From an uncultured Candidatus Binatia bacterium (GTDB taxonomy: Bacteria > Desulfobacterota > Binatia > UBA9968 > JAJDTQ01): a DNA stretch of 64,000 nucleotides. The DNA lies in assembly GCA_964291295.2 (NCBI GenBank), contig OZ219754.1, positions 1,504,001-1,568,000 of the forward strand. The letters are read 5' to 3'. The first letter of the stretch is position 1, and the number at the start of each line of letters is the position of its first letter. Below are positions 29,086 through 39,141 of this stretch, piece by piece. The notes under the pieces were generated by a model. It saw only the letters and a program-made list of their open reading frames with translations, was not told the DNA's origin and searched no databases. The position numbers were made by a program, and so were the translations under genes.

Positions 29086-30480
29086 ATGGACCTGAGAAGC
29101 TACGTCGAGTCCGTCAGGCGGCTTGCCCCCGAGCGTCTGCTGGAGGTCACGGACAAGCATGATATCAACCTGGAAGTGTGCGCCCTGATTGCCGACCTGG
29201 AGAAGCGCAAGCAGGAGCCGCTGGTGCTGTTCTCCAACATCGACAACCTGAGCGGCGAGCCTTCCGAGTTTCCTCTGCTCATGAACGTGTTCGCGTCCCG
29301 CGCAGCCTGCGCGGTGGCCTTGGGCCTGCCGCCCGAAAAGGCCGGCCGGGAGTTGATGATCGAGTTCCAGGCCCGTGAAGCGCGCCGGGAGAAGCCCGTC
29401 GTCGTGGACGCCGCCGGCGCGCCGGTGAAGCAGGTCCGGCTCGATCCCAACCTCCACTTCCTGCCGGTGCCGACCCATCACGTCGCCGACCTCGGCCCCT
29501 ATCTCACCACGACCTGGTGCGCCCGGGACCCGGACACCGGGGTCTACAACTCGTCGTTCCACCGCTGTTACGTGCGCGACCCGAAGCATCTGGTGATGTT
29601 CTTCGAGCGCCGGCATCTGTGGGACTACTTCGTCCGGGCGGAGGAGCGCGGCGAGGCGTTGCCGGTGGCCTGTGTCGTCGGCCACCATCCCGCCTACTAT
29701 CTCGGCAACTGCATCCTCAACGGCATCGCCGAGGACGAATACGAGAGCATCGGCGGGCTCATGGGCGAGCCCCTGCGGCTGGTGCCGTCCGAGACCTTCG
29801 GTGACGGACTGCTGGTGCCCGCAGACGCCGAGATGGTGATCGAGGGCCGGGTGCTGCCGCACCAGCGGGAGATGGAAGGACCCTTCGGGGACTTCACGGG
29901 CCTGTACGGCGCCGCCGGAGAGTCGCCGGTGGTGGAGGTGACCGCCATCACGCACCGTCGGGGCGCCTGGTGCATGGACATCCTTGCGGGGCACCGGGAC
30001 CATCGCCTCCTGGGCGCTGTGCCCAAGGAAGGCAGTATCTACCGCAAGGTGCAGGCGGTGGTGCCCACGGTGCGGTCGGTCTGCCTGCCGTTGAGCGGCA
30101 CCGGCCGGTTCCATTGCTACATCAGCATCGACAAGCGCTGCGAGGGCGAGGCCAAACTGGCGGCCATGGCGGCATTCACCGGGTCGGAACTGTTGAAGCA
30201 TGTCATCGTCGTCGACGCCGACATCGACGTGTACGACGAGGAGGAGGTGCTGTGGGCCGTCGCCACCCGGGTGGACGCCGCCACCGACATCGCCGTCATC
30301 GACCGGGTCAAGGGGAGCCGGCTGGATCCGGTGCATCCGGGCAAGGACTGGGGCTCGAAGCTGATCATCGACGCCTGCCGCAACCGGGATATCGACTTTC
30401 CGGAGCGCATCGCGGCCGCGGCGTACCGGCCAGGCAAAGGCGCGGGGAGCGGCGGGCGCCGGCAGGCGGATGATGCGTGA
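29086..30480 (+). CDS. UbiD family (prFMN-dependent) decarboxylase
   Basis: EGPFGDFTGLY, VIVVDADID, VLWAVATRV. Confidence 0.9.
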   Translation: MDLRSYVESVRRLAPERLLEVTDKHDINLEVCALIADLEKRKQEPLVLFSNIDNLSGEPSEFPLLMNVFASRAACAVALGLPPEKAGRELMIEFQAREARREKPVVVDAAGAPVKQVRLDPNLHFLPVPTHHVADLGPYLTTTWCARDPDTGVYNSSFHRCYVRDPKHLVMFFERRHLWDYFVRAEERGEALPVACVVGHHPAYYLGNCILNGIAEDEYESIGGLMGEPLRLVPSETFGDGLLVPADAEMVIEGRVLPHQREMEGPFGDFTGLYGAAGESPVVEVTAITHRRGAWCMDILAGHRDHRLLGAVPKEGSIYRKVQAVVPTVRSVCLPLSGTGRFHCYISIDKRCEGEAKLAAMAAFTGSELLKHVIVVDADIDVYDEEEVLWAVATRVDAATDIAVIDRVKGSRLDPVHPGKDWGSKLIIDACRNRDIDFPERIAAAAYRPGKGAGSGGRRQADDA

Positions 30481-30904
30481 GGCGGACGAACCGCGGATCG
30501 AGGTGGTACAGGTCTCCTGTACCAGGGGCGAAGGCGATTGGCGCATGGTCTGGCGCGTCGCCAACTGGACCGGCTCCGAGATGCGTCTGCGGGACGCGAG
30601 GTTCCCCCACGGGCGGTTCCGCAGCCGCCTGATGGAGTTGACGGACGTTCGCATCGCGCCGGGCGGGGCCGCGGAGCTGGAAGCGCGGGTGGTCTGCAAT
30701 GGCGGGGGCGGCGATGTGGAGAACGCCTTCCTGATCACCACGGTCGAATGGCGGAACGTCCGTTGGCGGCTCCTGGCGCGCATGACCGTGCGCTTCGCGG
30801 CCGACGGGTCACCCGCCGCGGCGACCGAACGGGTGACGGTTCAGCGGGTGGGGTTTGCCGGCCCCGGGTATCGAGAGAATGCGGCAAGTGTCCAGCGGGC
30901 ATGA
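30470..30904 (+). CDS. Hypothetical protein
   Basis: Overlaps the UbiD stop; plausible composition; no family recognised. Confidence 0.5.
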   Translation: MMREADEPRIEVVQVSCTRGEGDWRMVWRVANWTGSEMRLRDARFPHGRFRSRLMELTDVRIAPGGAAELEARVVCNGGGGDVENAFLITTVEWRNVRWRLLARMTVRFAADGSPAAATERVTVQRVGFAGPGYRENAASVQRA

Positions 30905-31003
30905 CCCTCGGGCGGGCGCAAACCGAGGTACCAACACCGAGGCACAAACCGGATGCGGCTCGGGACCGCGTCGTGACGGCGTCGTGAATGTTGCGAGGAA
31001 AGC

Positions 31004-31219
31004 ATGACCGAACGGGAAAAGTATATCTGGAAGCGCATGGGCGGCTGATACGAGAATTGAGGCCTCGGCTTCGAAGAGACCGCGGGTATGGTCTCCAACA
31101 CTCTCGACATGGAACTCGACGACCTCGTCGCGACGTTGAAATGCGTGCGCGAAACCTGCGGCGAGGATCCCGAGTACCTGAAGCTGCGCGCACGGCTGCC
31201 GGACGACTGGCCGATCTAG
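31004..31219 (+). CDS. Candidate 71-aa selenoprotein with two in-frame UGA (GG-U-YEN-U-G); absent from ORF track
   Basis: GAGGAAAGC-ATG; frame continues with GC3-rich codons after TGA at 31046 and 31058 to TAG at 31217; hairpin GAGACCG-CGGGUA-UGGUCUC downstream. Confidence 0.6.
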
Positions 31220-31385
31220 TGGTGTGTCTCATGAATGGCCTTGCAGTCTGCGATCTTGCGCAGGATGGAGTGGACGGATGTGTTCCAGGCGAAAGGTTGG
31301 GAATTGGCATTGTGGCAAGCCAGGGAGTGCTTGATGGCGGCAATCCGTTCCGGGACGCTGCGAAGGACGCCGGGGAACCTGCCCG

Positions 31386-32459
31386 GTGAGCCTTCCGACT
31401 ACGCCCCACGATGCGCTGTTCCGGGTACTGGTCTCCGAGCCGGCCCGCGCCGCCGCGCTGCTGGCGCAATACCTGCCGCAAGAAGTCGCCGTTCTCCTCG
31501 ACCCCGAGGCCCCGCCCGAGGCGGTGGAGGGCCACTTCGTGGACGAGGACGCCGCGCGGACCCAATGCGATGCGCTGTTCCGGGTGAGACTGAGGAGCGG
31601 CCACGATGCGCGGCTCTATGTACTGCTCGAACACAAGAGCCGCGTCGACGCGGACACGCCGCTCCAACTCCTGAAATACATGGTCAACATCTGGCGCCGC
31701 GAGGTCGAGAATGGCGCTGGCGGGGACCGGCTGCCGGCGATCATTCCGCTGGTTTTCTACCACGGTCGGGGCCGCTGGACTGCGGCGCCCTCGGTGCCGG
31801 GGATGATCGACGCGCCCGGGGAGTTGGAGCCTTTCGTCAGGGAGTTCGCCTATGTGCTGCATGACCTTGGCGAGATTGCGCCAGGGCGGTTGTCGGTCTC
31901 GCCCGAAGTGCGGGCCGGGCTTCTGGCACTCAAGGTGGTATATGCCGAGGACATACCGACGGATCTTCTGGACCAGATGACGGGCGGGCCGGTTGCAGGG
32001 AGTGCGTTCGAGCGTCATATTGTGCGTTACATGGCCGAGTGCATGAACCTGACGCCGCCCTTGCTGGAGGCGTCGCTGCGCCGGACAAAGCCGGACCGTT
32101 GGGAGGCACTGATGGGCACAGTCGCGCAAGCCTGGATCGAACAGGGAATCGAGAAGGGAATCGAGAAGGGAATCGAAAAGGGAATCGAAAAGGGAATCGA
32201 ACAGGGAATCGAAAAGGGAATCGAAAAGGGAAGAGCTGAAGGAAGAGCCGAGGGAATCGAACAGGGAATCGAACGAGGCCGGATACAGGCCTTGGCGGAG
32301 CTTCTTCTTCGTCAACTGGCGTTGCGCTTCGGTGATGTGCCGGATGCGGTCGGCGAGCGGGTTCGCCGTGCGTCGGCCTCCGAACTGGAGGCTTGGGCGG
32401 AGGCCGTGCTGGTGGCAACGAGCCTCGACGAGGTGCTGGCCGCCACGCCCGGGTGCTGA
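31386..32459 (+). CDS. Rpn/YhgA-like recombination-promoting nuclease (PD-(D/E)XK) with GIEK repeats
   Basis: TPHDALFR, CDALF, LLEHKS, IPLVFYHG; C-terminal RQLALRFG...W...SLDEV (DUF4351-like). Confidence 0.9.
   Translation: MSLPTTPHDALFRVLVSEPARAAALLAQYLPQEVAVLLDPEAPPEAVEGHFVDEDAARTQCDALFRVRLRSGHDARLYVLLEHKSRVDADTPLQLLKYMVNIWRREVENGAGGDRLPAIIPLVFYHGRGRWTAAPSVPGMIDAPGELEPFVREFAYVLHDLGEIAPGRLSVSPEVRAGLLALKVVYAEDIPTDLLDQMTGGPVAGSAFERHIVRYMAECMNLTPPLLEASLRRTKPDRWEALMGTVAQAWIEQGIEKGIEKGIEKGIEKGIEQGIEKGIEKGRAEGRAEGIEQGIERGRIQALAELLLRQLALRFGDVPDAVGERVRRASASELEAWAEAVLVATSLDEVLAATPGC
32136..32274 (+). repeat. 12-bp (GIEK/GIEQ) tandem repeats within rpn
   Basis: atcga(a/g)(a/c)aggga units. Confidence 0.9.
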
Positions 32460-32499
32460 GACCGTAGCCGCCAGCGGGCCGGCTGCTGCACGGTCGGGG

Positions 32500-32943
32500 T
32501 CGGTCGTACCTGGACGATGCACCTTCATCGGTCCGTATCGGCATCAGGAGTTCCTGAAGTTCCTGCGGCGCCTCGACCGTGCCTTCCCCCGCGACCGGAC
32601 CCTGCACATCATCCTGGACAACTACGGAACTCACCAGCATCAAGCGCTGCGCCAGTGGCTGGCTGCTCAGCCGCGATTCCGACTCCATTTCACCCCCACC
32701 CGCACCTGCTGGCTCAATCTCGTGCACCTGCTGGCTCAATCTCGTCGAAAATTGGCTTGCCAAGCTGACTCACCAACGTCTGCGCCGCAGTGTGTTTCGC
32801 AGCGTCCCGAAACTGATTGCGGCCATCAAGCACTCCTTGGCTTGCCACAATGCCAACCCCCAGCCTTTCGTCTGAACACCTCCGTCAATGCCATTCTCCT
32901 CAAGATCTCAAAATGCAAGGCCATTCATGAGACACACCCCTAG
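32500..32943 (+). pseudogene. IS630 transposase C-terminal remnant
   Basis: LHIILDNYGTH...LHFTPT..WLNLVE; frameshifted by a 22-bp tandem duplication (32702-32745). Confidence 0.85.
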
Positions 32944-32945
32944 CC

Positions 32946-35391
32946 CTACCCATGCCCCACAAGTGATGCTGGACATTTGATTCGGGTGGTGCTACGGTGT
33001 CGGCATGGATGTTCAGCACCAGATCCGGCACCAGCTTGCCCAGCCTGGGTCGGTGCATCATATCACCGAGCTTCTGGATGCGGGGGGCCTTCCGCATCGC
33101 ACGGCGCTTGCCGAACGTCTGTGTGCTGATTTCGGTTTCCGCGACGGCCGGGGGCAGCCTCAGGTCGCCACCTGCCTGTGCGCCCTGCGGGCTCTGGAGC
33201 GGGCCGGGCAGATCCGGCTTCCGGCCCGGCGAACGCCCGGTGGGAGTTGTGTCCGGCGGCGCCGGTCGTCGCCGGTGGCGCCGGCACGGGGGGTTCCGGC
33301 GGAGGTTGGTGAGGTTCGGGGTCTGGCGCTGGTTGCGGTTGTGGATCCGGCACAGCGGGAGATCTGGCAGGGACTGATGGAGCACGAGCATCCGCAGGGG
33401 GCCGGGCCGCTGGTGGGGCGGCAGATGCGGTATTTGCTGGGGTCGGAACACGGCTGGCTGGGGGCCATGGGGGTGGCGGCATCGGCCCTGCAGCTTGCGG
33501 TGCGGGACCGCTGGATCGGCTGGGACGCGGCGACGCGCCGGCAGCACCTGCACCGGGTGGTGGGTTTGTCCCGGTTCCTGATCCGGTCGGAGGTGCGCTG
33601 CCGCAACTTGGCGTCGCATGTGCTGGGACAGCTTCTGCGCCGCTTCGGGGCGGATTTTGCCGCGCGCTATGGTTTCGCGCCATGGCTCATGGAGACCTTC
33701 GTGTCGCCGCCCCATGGTGGGGCCAGCCTGCGGGCCGGCAACTGGCGGTGGCTGGGCGAGACTGCGGGCCGGGGTCGGCAGGACGGTGGCCACGCTGTGG
33801 CGGTGGGGGGCAAGGCGGTCTATATCCATGAACTGGTGGGTGACTGGCGCACCCGCCTGGGTGTCTCACCGCCCCCGGCGGACACCCTCAGGCTGGACCC
33901 GGCGGAGGGTCTTGACGGGCCGTCCTGGGCCGGGGCGGAGTTGGGCGGCGCGGCGTTCGGCGATGCCCGTCTGAGCGCCCGTCTGGTGGCGATTGCGCAG
34001 TTGAAGGGAGCACGATCGATGGGGTCCTTTCCGCAGGCCGCGAGCGGCAACCGGGCCGAGATCAAGGGGTACTACCGGTTCATCGACCAGCCCCACAGGA
34101 CCGCGGTGACGCCGGCGGCCATCCTGGAGCCGCACCGTGCCCGCACGCGGGAGCGCATGCGGGCCGAGCCGGTGGTGCTGTGCATCCAGGACGGCACGGA
34201 CCTGAACTTTGCATCGCGTCCGGGCTGCGAGGGGCTCGGGGTCATCGGCACCAACCAGACCGGCGCCGTTTCACGGGGCCTGCATCTGCATTCGACACTG
34301 GCGGTGACCCCGAGCGGCCTGCCGCTGGGGGTTGTCGGGGCCCGTTTTGATGCACCGCCGGCCAAGGACGAGCCGAGGACACCCGAACCGAGCAAGACCG
34401 GACGCTGGCTCGAAGGGTACCGGAACTGTGCCGCGCTGGGCCGGGACCTCCCGGAGGGCCGGGTGGTCTGCGTGATGGATCGGGAGGCGGACGCCTTCGA
34501 GGTCTTCGAGACGCAACAGGCGCACCCGGACGCCGACATCCTGGTGCGAGGCAAGCAGACCCGCCGGGTGGCCGCTGTCCATGCGTCCGGCGCCACCGGC
34601 CCGGCCACATCGGTGCGGAAGGCCCTGCAGGCGGCCCCGGTCCTCGGCACCCTGATCGTCGCCTTGGACCGGCTGACCCCACGGCCCAAGCGAAGCAAGC
34701 GCCCGGCCAAGGCCGCCCGCACGGCGCGCTGCGCCACCCTGACGGTGCGCGCCCAGACCGTGGAACTCGCACCCACGAGCCCCAAGAATCAGGGCAAACC
34801 GCCGATCCGCCTGCAGGCGGTGATGGTGGAGGAGGAGCGTACGCCCGCCGATGCTCTCCCCATCCGCTGGCTGCTGTTCACCACCCTTCCCACCGACACC
34901 CTGGAGGACTGCAGGACCCTGGTCGGGTACTACGCCCGGCGCTGGCGGATCGAGGACTGGCACCGGATCCTGAAGTCCGGTTGCAAGGTCGAGGAACTCG
35001 AAAACCGCTCAGCCGACCGCCTCGCCCGGGCCGTCGCCATCAACCTTGTCATCGCATGGCGCATTCACCTGATGACACTGCTCGGACGCGATCATCCGGA
35101 CGTGTCACCCGACATCCTGTTCTCCGAACTCGAAATCAAGGCGCTGAAGGCCTTCGCCGCGCGACAGCGCTACGCCCCTCCCGATACCCTGGCCACCGCC
35201 GTCCTCACCCTGGCGCGGATCGGCGGTCATATCCATCGCACCCGTGGACCACCCCCGGGAACAATGGTGATATGGCGGGGTCACGCCACCCTCGTTGAAT
35301 GGTGCATCGGATACCAACTCATGATGGAGCAGATAACGTGAAAACAACGGCCACCCTCTTTACTCTCGCATCACTTGTGGGGCATGGGTAG
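32946..35391 (+). mobile_element. IS4-family (IS50/Tn5-like) element, apparently intact
   Basis: Perfect inverted repeats 32939-32969 / 35368-35398 (CTACCCATGCCCCACAAGTGATGC core). Confidence 0.9.
33005..35341 (+). CDS. DUF4338 (DruA-like) domain fused to IS4 DDE transposase
   Basis: N-terminal RDRWIGW...RFLI...NLASHVL...ETFV...NW...GETAGRGR; FGDARL, QDGTDL, DREAD, YARRWRIEDWHRILKSG. Confidence 0.9.
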   Translation: MDVQHQIRHQLAQPGSVHHITELLDAGGLPHRTALAERLCADFGFRDGRGQPQVATCLCALRALERAGQIRLPARRTPGGSCVRRRRSSPVAPARGVPAEVGEVRGLALVAVVDPAQREIWQGLMEHEHPQGAGPLVGRQMRYLLGSEHGWLGAMGVAASALQLAVRDRWIGWDAATRRQHLHRVVGLSRFLIRSEVRCRNLASHVLGQLLRRFGADFAARYGFAPWLMETFVSPPHGGASLRAGNWRWLGETAGRGRQDGGHAVAVGGKAVYIHELVGDWRTRLGVSPPPADTLRLDPAEGLDGPSWAGAELGGAAFGDARLSARLVAIAQLKGARSMGSFPQAASGNRAEIKGYYRFIDQPHRTAVTPAAILEPHRARTRERMRAEPVVLCIQDGTDLNFASRPGCEGLGVIGTNQTGAVSRGLHLHSTLAVTPSGLPLGVVGARFDAPPAKDEPRTPEPSKTGRWLEGYRNCAALGRDLPEGRVVCVMDREADAFEVFETQQAHPDADILVRGKQTRRVAAVHASGATGPATSVRKALQAAPVLGTLIVALDRLTPRPKRSKRPAKAARTARCATLTVRAQTVELAPTSPKNQGKPPIRLQAVMVEEERTPADALPIRWLLFTTLPTDTLEDCRTLVGYYARRWRIEDWHRILKSGCKVEELENRSADRLARAVAINLVIAWRIHLMTLLGRDHPDVSPDILFSELEIKALKAFAARQRYAPPDTLATAVLTLARIGGHIHRTRGPPPGTMVIWRGHATLVEWCIGYQLMMEQIT

Positions 35392-35414
35392 GGCTAGGCT
35401 GGGTATCCTGGGAG

Positions 35415-36547
35415 TTGCGGGTGGGGGTTTCGGGCAAGTCGTCGATCTCGCGTGCGCGCAGCCGTCTGGGATCAAGGCCGTTTCTGGAGTTGCGCGATGC
35501 TTGCGTGAAGCCCTTGGCGGTCCATTCGACGATGGGGTCATGGTACCGGGGCCTTCGTCTGATGGCGATGGACGGCACGACGCTGGCGGTTCCGGATGAG
35601 GCGGAGAACCGCAAGCAGTTCGGACTTCCCGGCTCGTCGCGCGGTCGTGCGGCCTTTCTCCAGCTCAGGCTGTGGGCTCTCACGGAACTCGGCACCCGGG
35701 CACCGTTGGCTTGGTGCGCTGGCCCGTTGTCCGAATCGGAGATGGAACAAGCCGAACGGCTCGTGTCGCACCTCAAGCCGGGCATGCTGGTGCTGGCGGA
35801 CCGCTACCATAGCGGGTTTCCCCTGTGGTCGGCGGCCCATGCGAAGGGTGTGCACCTCCTCTGGAGAGTCCGGTCGAACCGGACATTTCCCGTGCACAAA
35901 AGTCTCCCGGACAGCTCCTGGTTGAGCGTCTTCAAAGGTTCCGGCAGGGACCGCAAGCGCAGTCAGGGTAGTGGCCCGGTGCGGGTGGTGAGCTACCGCC
36001 TGCCTGGAACCGATGACACCTATACCTTGATTACCACGCTGCTCGATCCCCAACGAGCACCGGCCTCCGAACTCGCCGCGCTCTACCATGAACGCCGGGA
36101 AATCGAGACCCCCTGCGACGAGGTGAAAACACACATGCTCGGACCCGGCGCCATGCTCCGCAGCAAAACCCCTGATCTGGTCCATCAGGAACTCCACGGC
36201 CTGATGCTCGCCCTTTACGCCGTGCGCCACCTCATCCACCAAGCTGCACAACCCTCTGGCGAAGACCCGGATCGACTATCCTTCCTTCACGCCGTCAATG
36301 TCCTCCGTCGTCGCATCGTCAATCCCCGTGATTTTCCCCCCAGGAACCCAACCCATGAACCCTGAACTCGATATTCTCAGCGAAATCCTCGAAGAACGCG
36401 CCGTCTCCAGCCGGGGGCAACTCAAACCCCGAGGCGTCAAGCGCAAAATGAGCAACTTTCCGATTCGGGCTCGAACCCCTCTGTCCCGCAAGCTCCACCC
36501 CTGGACCCCCGTATTCTCCCCTGTTCCTGCTTAATGCAACACTATTG
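35415..36547 (+). pseudogene. Truncated, frameshifted IS4-family transposase with right end
   Basis: AMDGT, LADR, LYHERREIE..DEVK; C-terminal PRGVKRKMS in another frame; 5' end replaced by the adjacent IS. Confidence 0.8.
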
Positions 36548-36779
36548 GGGCTAGGAGTCTGTGCCGCAGGAACCCGGGACGACCCAAGGGCAGGTCGATG
36601 AAGGCCGCACCGGTATTATGGTACACGTGGGGTGACAGGCGTTCGCGGAGGTCTGGATTGCAGACTTTCAGGACCGGGGCGTCAGCCCGTTGCTCCGATG
36701 GCGAGGGAATCGCCGACACGCGAATCTGCCCGCTGCGCCTGGAGGGGCGGCGCAGCGGGGTCGGAGCGATAATCGAGAT

Positions 36780-37050
36780 GAAGGCGATGATCGGGCAGTA
36801 CGGCAGTGAGGGGCTGGCGACCGTCCGTGAGGTGGCGCTCGGACCGACCGACGCCGGCCTGACGCCGAAGCGGACCATGCGGACGTTCGACGAGCTTTGC
36901 CTGACGCCGGTTGAGGAAATGGCACCGGAGGACATCCGCGCGCTTCGGCTTCGCGAGAATGCAAGTCAGGCGGTGTTCGCCCGCCATCTCAATGTGACGA
37001 CCGGGCGGGTGAGCCAGTGGGAGCGCGGCGAGAAGCGGTCTCGGGGCGGT
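36780..37050 (+). pseudogene. Degenerate XRE/HigA-like antitoxin remnant
   Basis: TMRTFDELCL...IRALRLRENASQAVFARHLNVTTGRVSQWERGEKR, lacking normal termini. Confidence 0.6.
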
Positions 37051-37133
37051 CGCGTGAGGACACGCACCATTGGCGGCTCCGCCCTGAAGTGCCGAGCCGC
37101 GCCCGGTTTTGAGCCGACCCCGGCGGTTGCATC

Positions 37134-37896
37134 ATGAGTGCTGGATCTGCAATCGAGTGGACGGACGCAACCTGGAATCCGGTCACCGGCTGCACGAAGA
37201 TCACCCGCGGCTGTGACCACTGTTACGCCGAGCGTTTTGCAGAGCGCTGGCGCGGGGTTCCCGGGCATTCCTGCGAACAGGGATTCGACCTGCAACAGTG
37301 GCCGTCACGGCTCGATCAGCCCGCACGATGGCGCAAGCCGCGAATGATTTTCGTCAATTCCATGAGCGACCTGTTCCACAAAAATGTGGAGCGCAGCTTT
37401 ATCGACAAGGTGTTCGAAACGATGGAAACGGTGGACAGGCACATCTATCAGATTCTGACAAAGCGCAGTTCCCTCATTGAGGGACTACCTGCGGCGCAGG
37501 TACACGGAGGGTTCCGTTCCCGACCCTATCTGGTGCGGAGTGTCCGTTGAAGACAGCTCGGCAAGCGTGAGAATCGAGCATTTGCGAACGGCACCGGCTG
37601 CAGTACGGTTCCTTTCGATCGAGCCGCTTCTGGGTTCCATCGGAAACATCAACCTGGAAGGGATATCCTGGGTCATCGCTGGAGGAGAAAGCGGTCCACA
37701 GGCCCGACCCATGCAACCGGATTGGGTCCGGGAGGTCCGCGATCGCTGCGTCCAAGCCGGTGTGCCATTCTTCTTCAAGCAGTGGGGCGGGCAAACCCCC
37801 AAGGCCGGAGGCCGCAAGCTGGAAGGAATGGAGTATAATGAAATGCCCGCGCAGCTGACCGATAAAGACGACCATGGTCTTCAAGTGGCACCCTGA
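37134..37896 (+). pseudogene. DUF5131 (phage Gp37/Gp68-like) protein, +1 frameshift near 37477
   Basis: IEWTDATWNPVTGCTKITRGCDHCYA, FVNSMSDLF, SIEPLLG, GGESG, FFKQWGG; KRSSL|MRDY broken by an extra T. Confidence 0.85.
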
Positions 37897-39141
37897 CGAC
37901 CCGCCGCCTTTCATCGAACCGCATAGCAGGGCAAAACTGGAAGTTTTGCGGCGGAAGTTTTGCGGCGCTATCTTCGGGCCTACTTCGACAGGCTGAACGT
38001 CAATCCGGTTCGTGAGGAATTCAGGCTCGACCTTATAGACGGGTTCGCCGGGGGAGGCGTATTTCTGGATGAAAACGACAAGATTTCAGGCTCACCGTTG
38101 GTCATGCTCGAAGAGGCCAACCAAGCGAACGTCAGGCTGAACAAGAAACGTGTAAAGCAACTTCGCATCGACTGCAAGTTCTATTTTGTCGACAAGGAGC
38201 AAGCGCATACGGATTATCTGCGAGGGGTCCTCGCAGAGCGTGGCCACCGCGTTGAAGAGGATAGAATCATTGTCAGGAATGGGCTTTTTGAAGACGAGAT
38301 CACGGGCATTCTCACATCCATTCGAAAGAGACACCCTCGTTCCGGACGTGCGATCTTCCTTCTCGATCAGACGGGGTTCTCCCAAGTGAAACTCTCCCTC
38401 ATATCCCGAATTCTTGAGGAGCTCCCAGCCGCTGAAGTGATACTGACGTTTGCGGCCGATGCCCTTGTCAACCACTTGGCAGAAACCCCGCAGATCGTCA
38501 AAATGACGGCGCCACTTCAGTTGACCGAACCGCAGATACAGAACCTGATCCAACAAAGAGACGGACCCGGTGGCAGAGCGCTCGTGCAGAGAACGCTCCG
38601 TGATCACATCCGGACATCAATCGGCGCAGAGTACGATACCCCTTTCTTCATTCGACCCGGACAGTCCATGCGTGCCCTGTGGTTTCTCCATCTGTCAAGG
38701 CGCCCAACGGCGCGCGATGTGATGATTCAACGGCACTGGGACATTCAAAATACCTTCGAACACTACGGTCGAGGGGATTTCGGCATGCTGGGCCGGGATG
38801 CGTTGAGGGACTCGGAGACGCTCCCGTTGTTCCACTTTGGTGAGCTCGACGAGCGGCAAATGCAGAAGGGACTCATGGAGTCTCTTCCCAGGGAGCTGTT
38901 TGGTCTGGCGTCCGAACAGCCTGTAACCATAGATGCCTTGAGGCACATGTTTGCAAATCGGACGGCGGCACGCTTCTCCGATCTGGACAAGGTCATTGTC
39001 ATGCTCGCTCAGGAAAGGGAATTCGATATTCTCAGTCCGGAGGGCAAGGTGCGTTCCCGTTCATATTCGCGATTGACCCCCACGGATCGAGTGGCGCTTC
39101 CCTCCACACGGTTGCTTCCGGGGTTGTCTCGCCGATCCTGA
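37874..39141 (+). pseudogene. Three-Cys-motif partner TcmP-like protein, frameshifted by a 14-bp duplication
   Basis: ATG 37874 gives IEPHSRAKLEVLRR; ggaagttttgcggc occurs twice (37939-37966); then YLRAY, IDGFAGGG, FLLDQTG. Confidence 0.75.

Larger units (their letters stand above)
31216..32943. mobile_element. IS630-derived composite unit: two inverted IS630 3' ends bracketing an rpn gene
   Basis: 31216-31364 is an inverted, imperfect copy of about 32796-32943; both termini end in CTAG. Confidence 0.75.

Noticed and set aside
30988-31389. 133-aa ORF-track protein over the double-UGA region
   Set aside because: Arg-rich, no RBS or family, and runs into an antisense IS630 end; the UGA-containing frame is more gene-like
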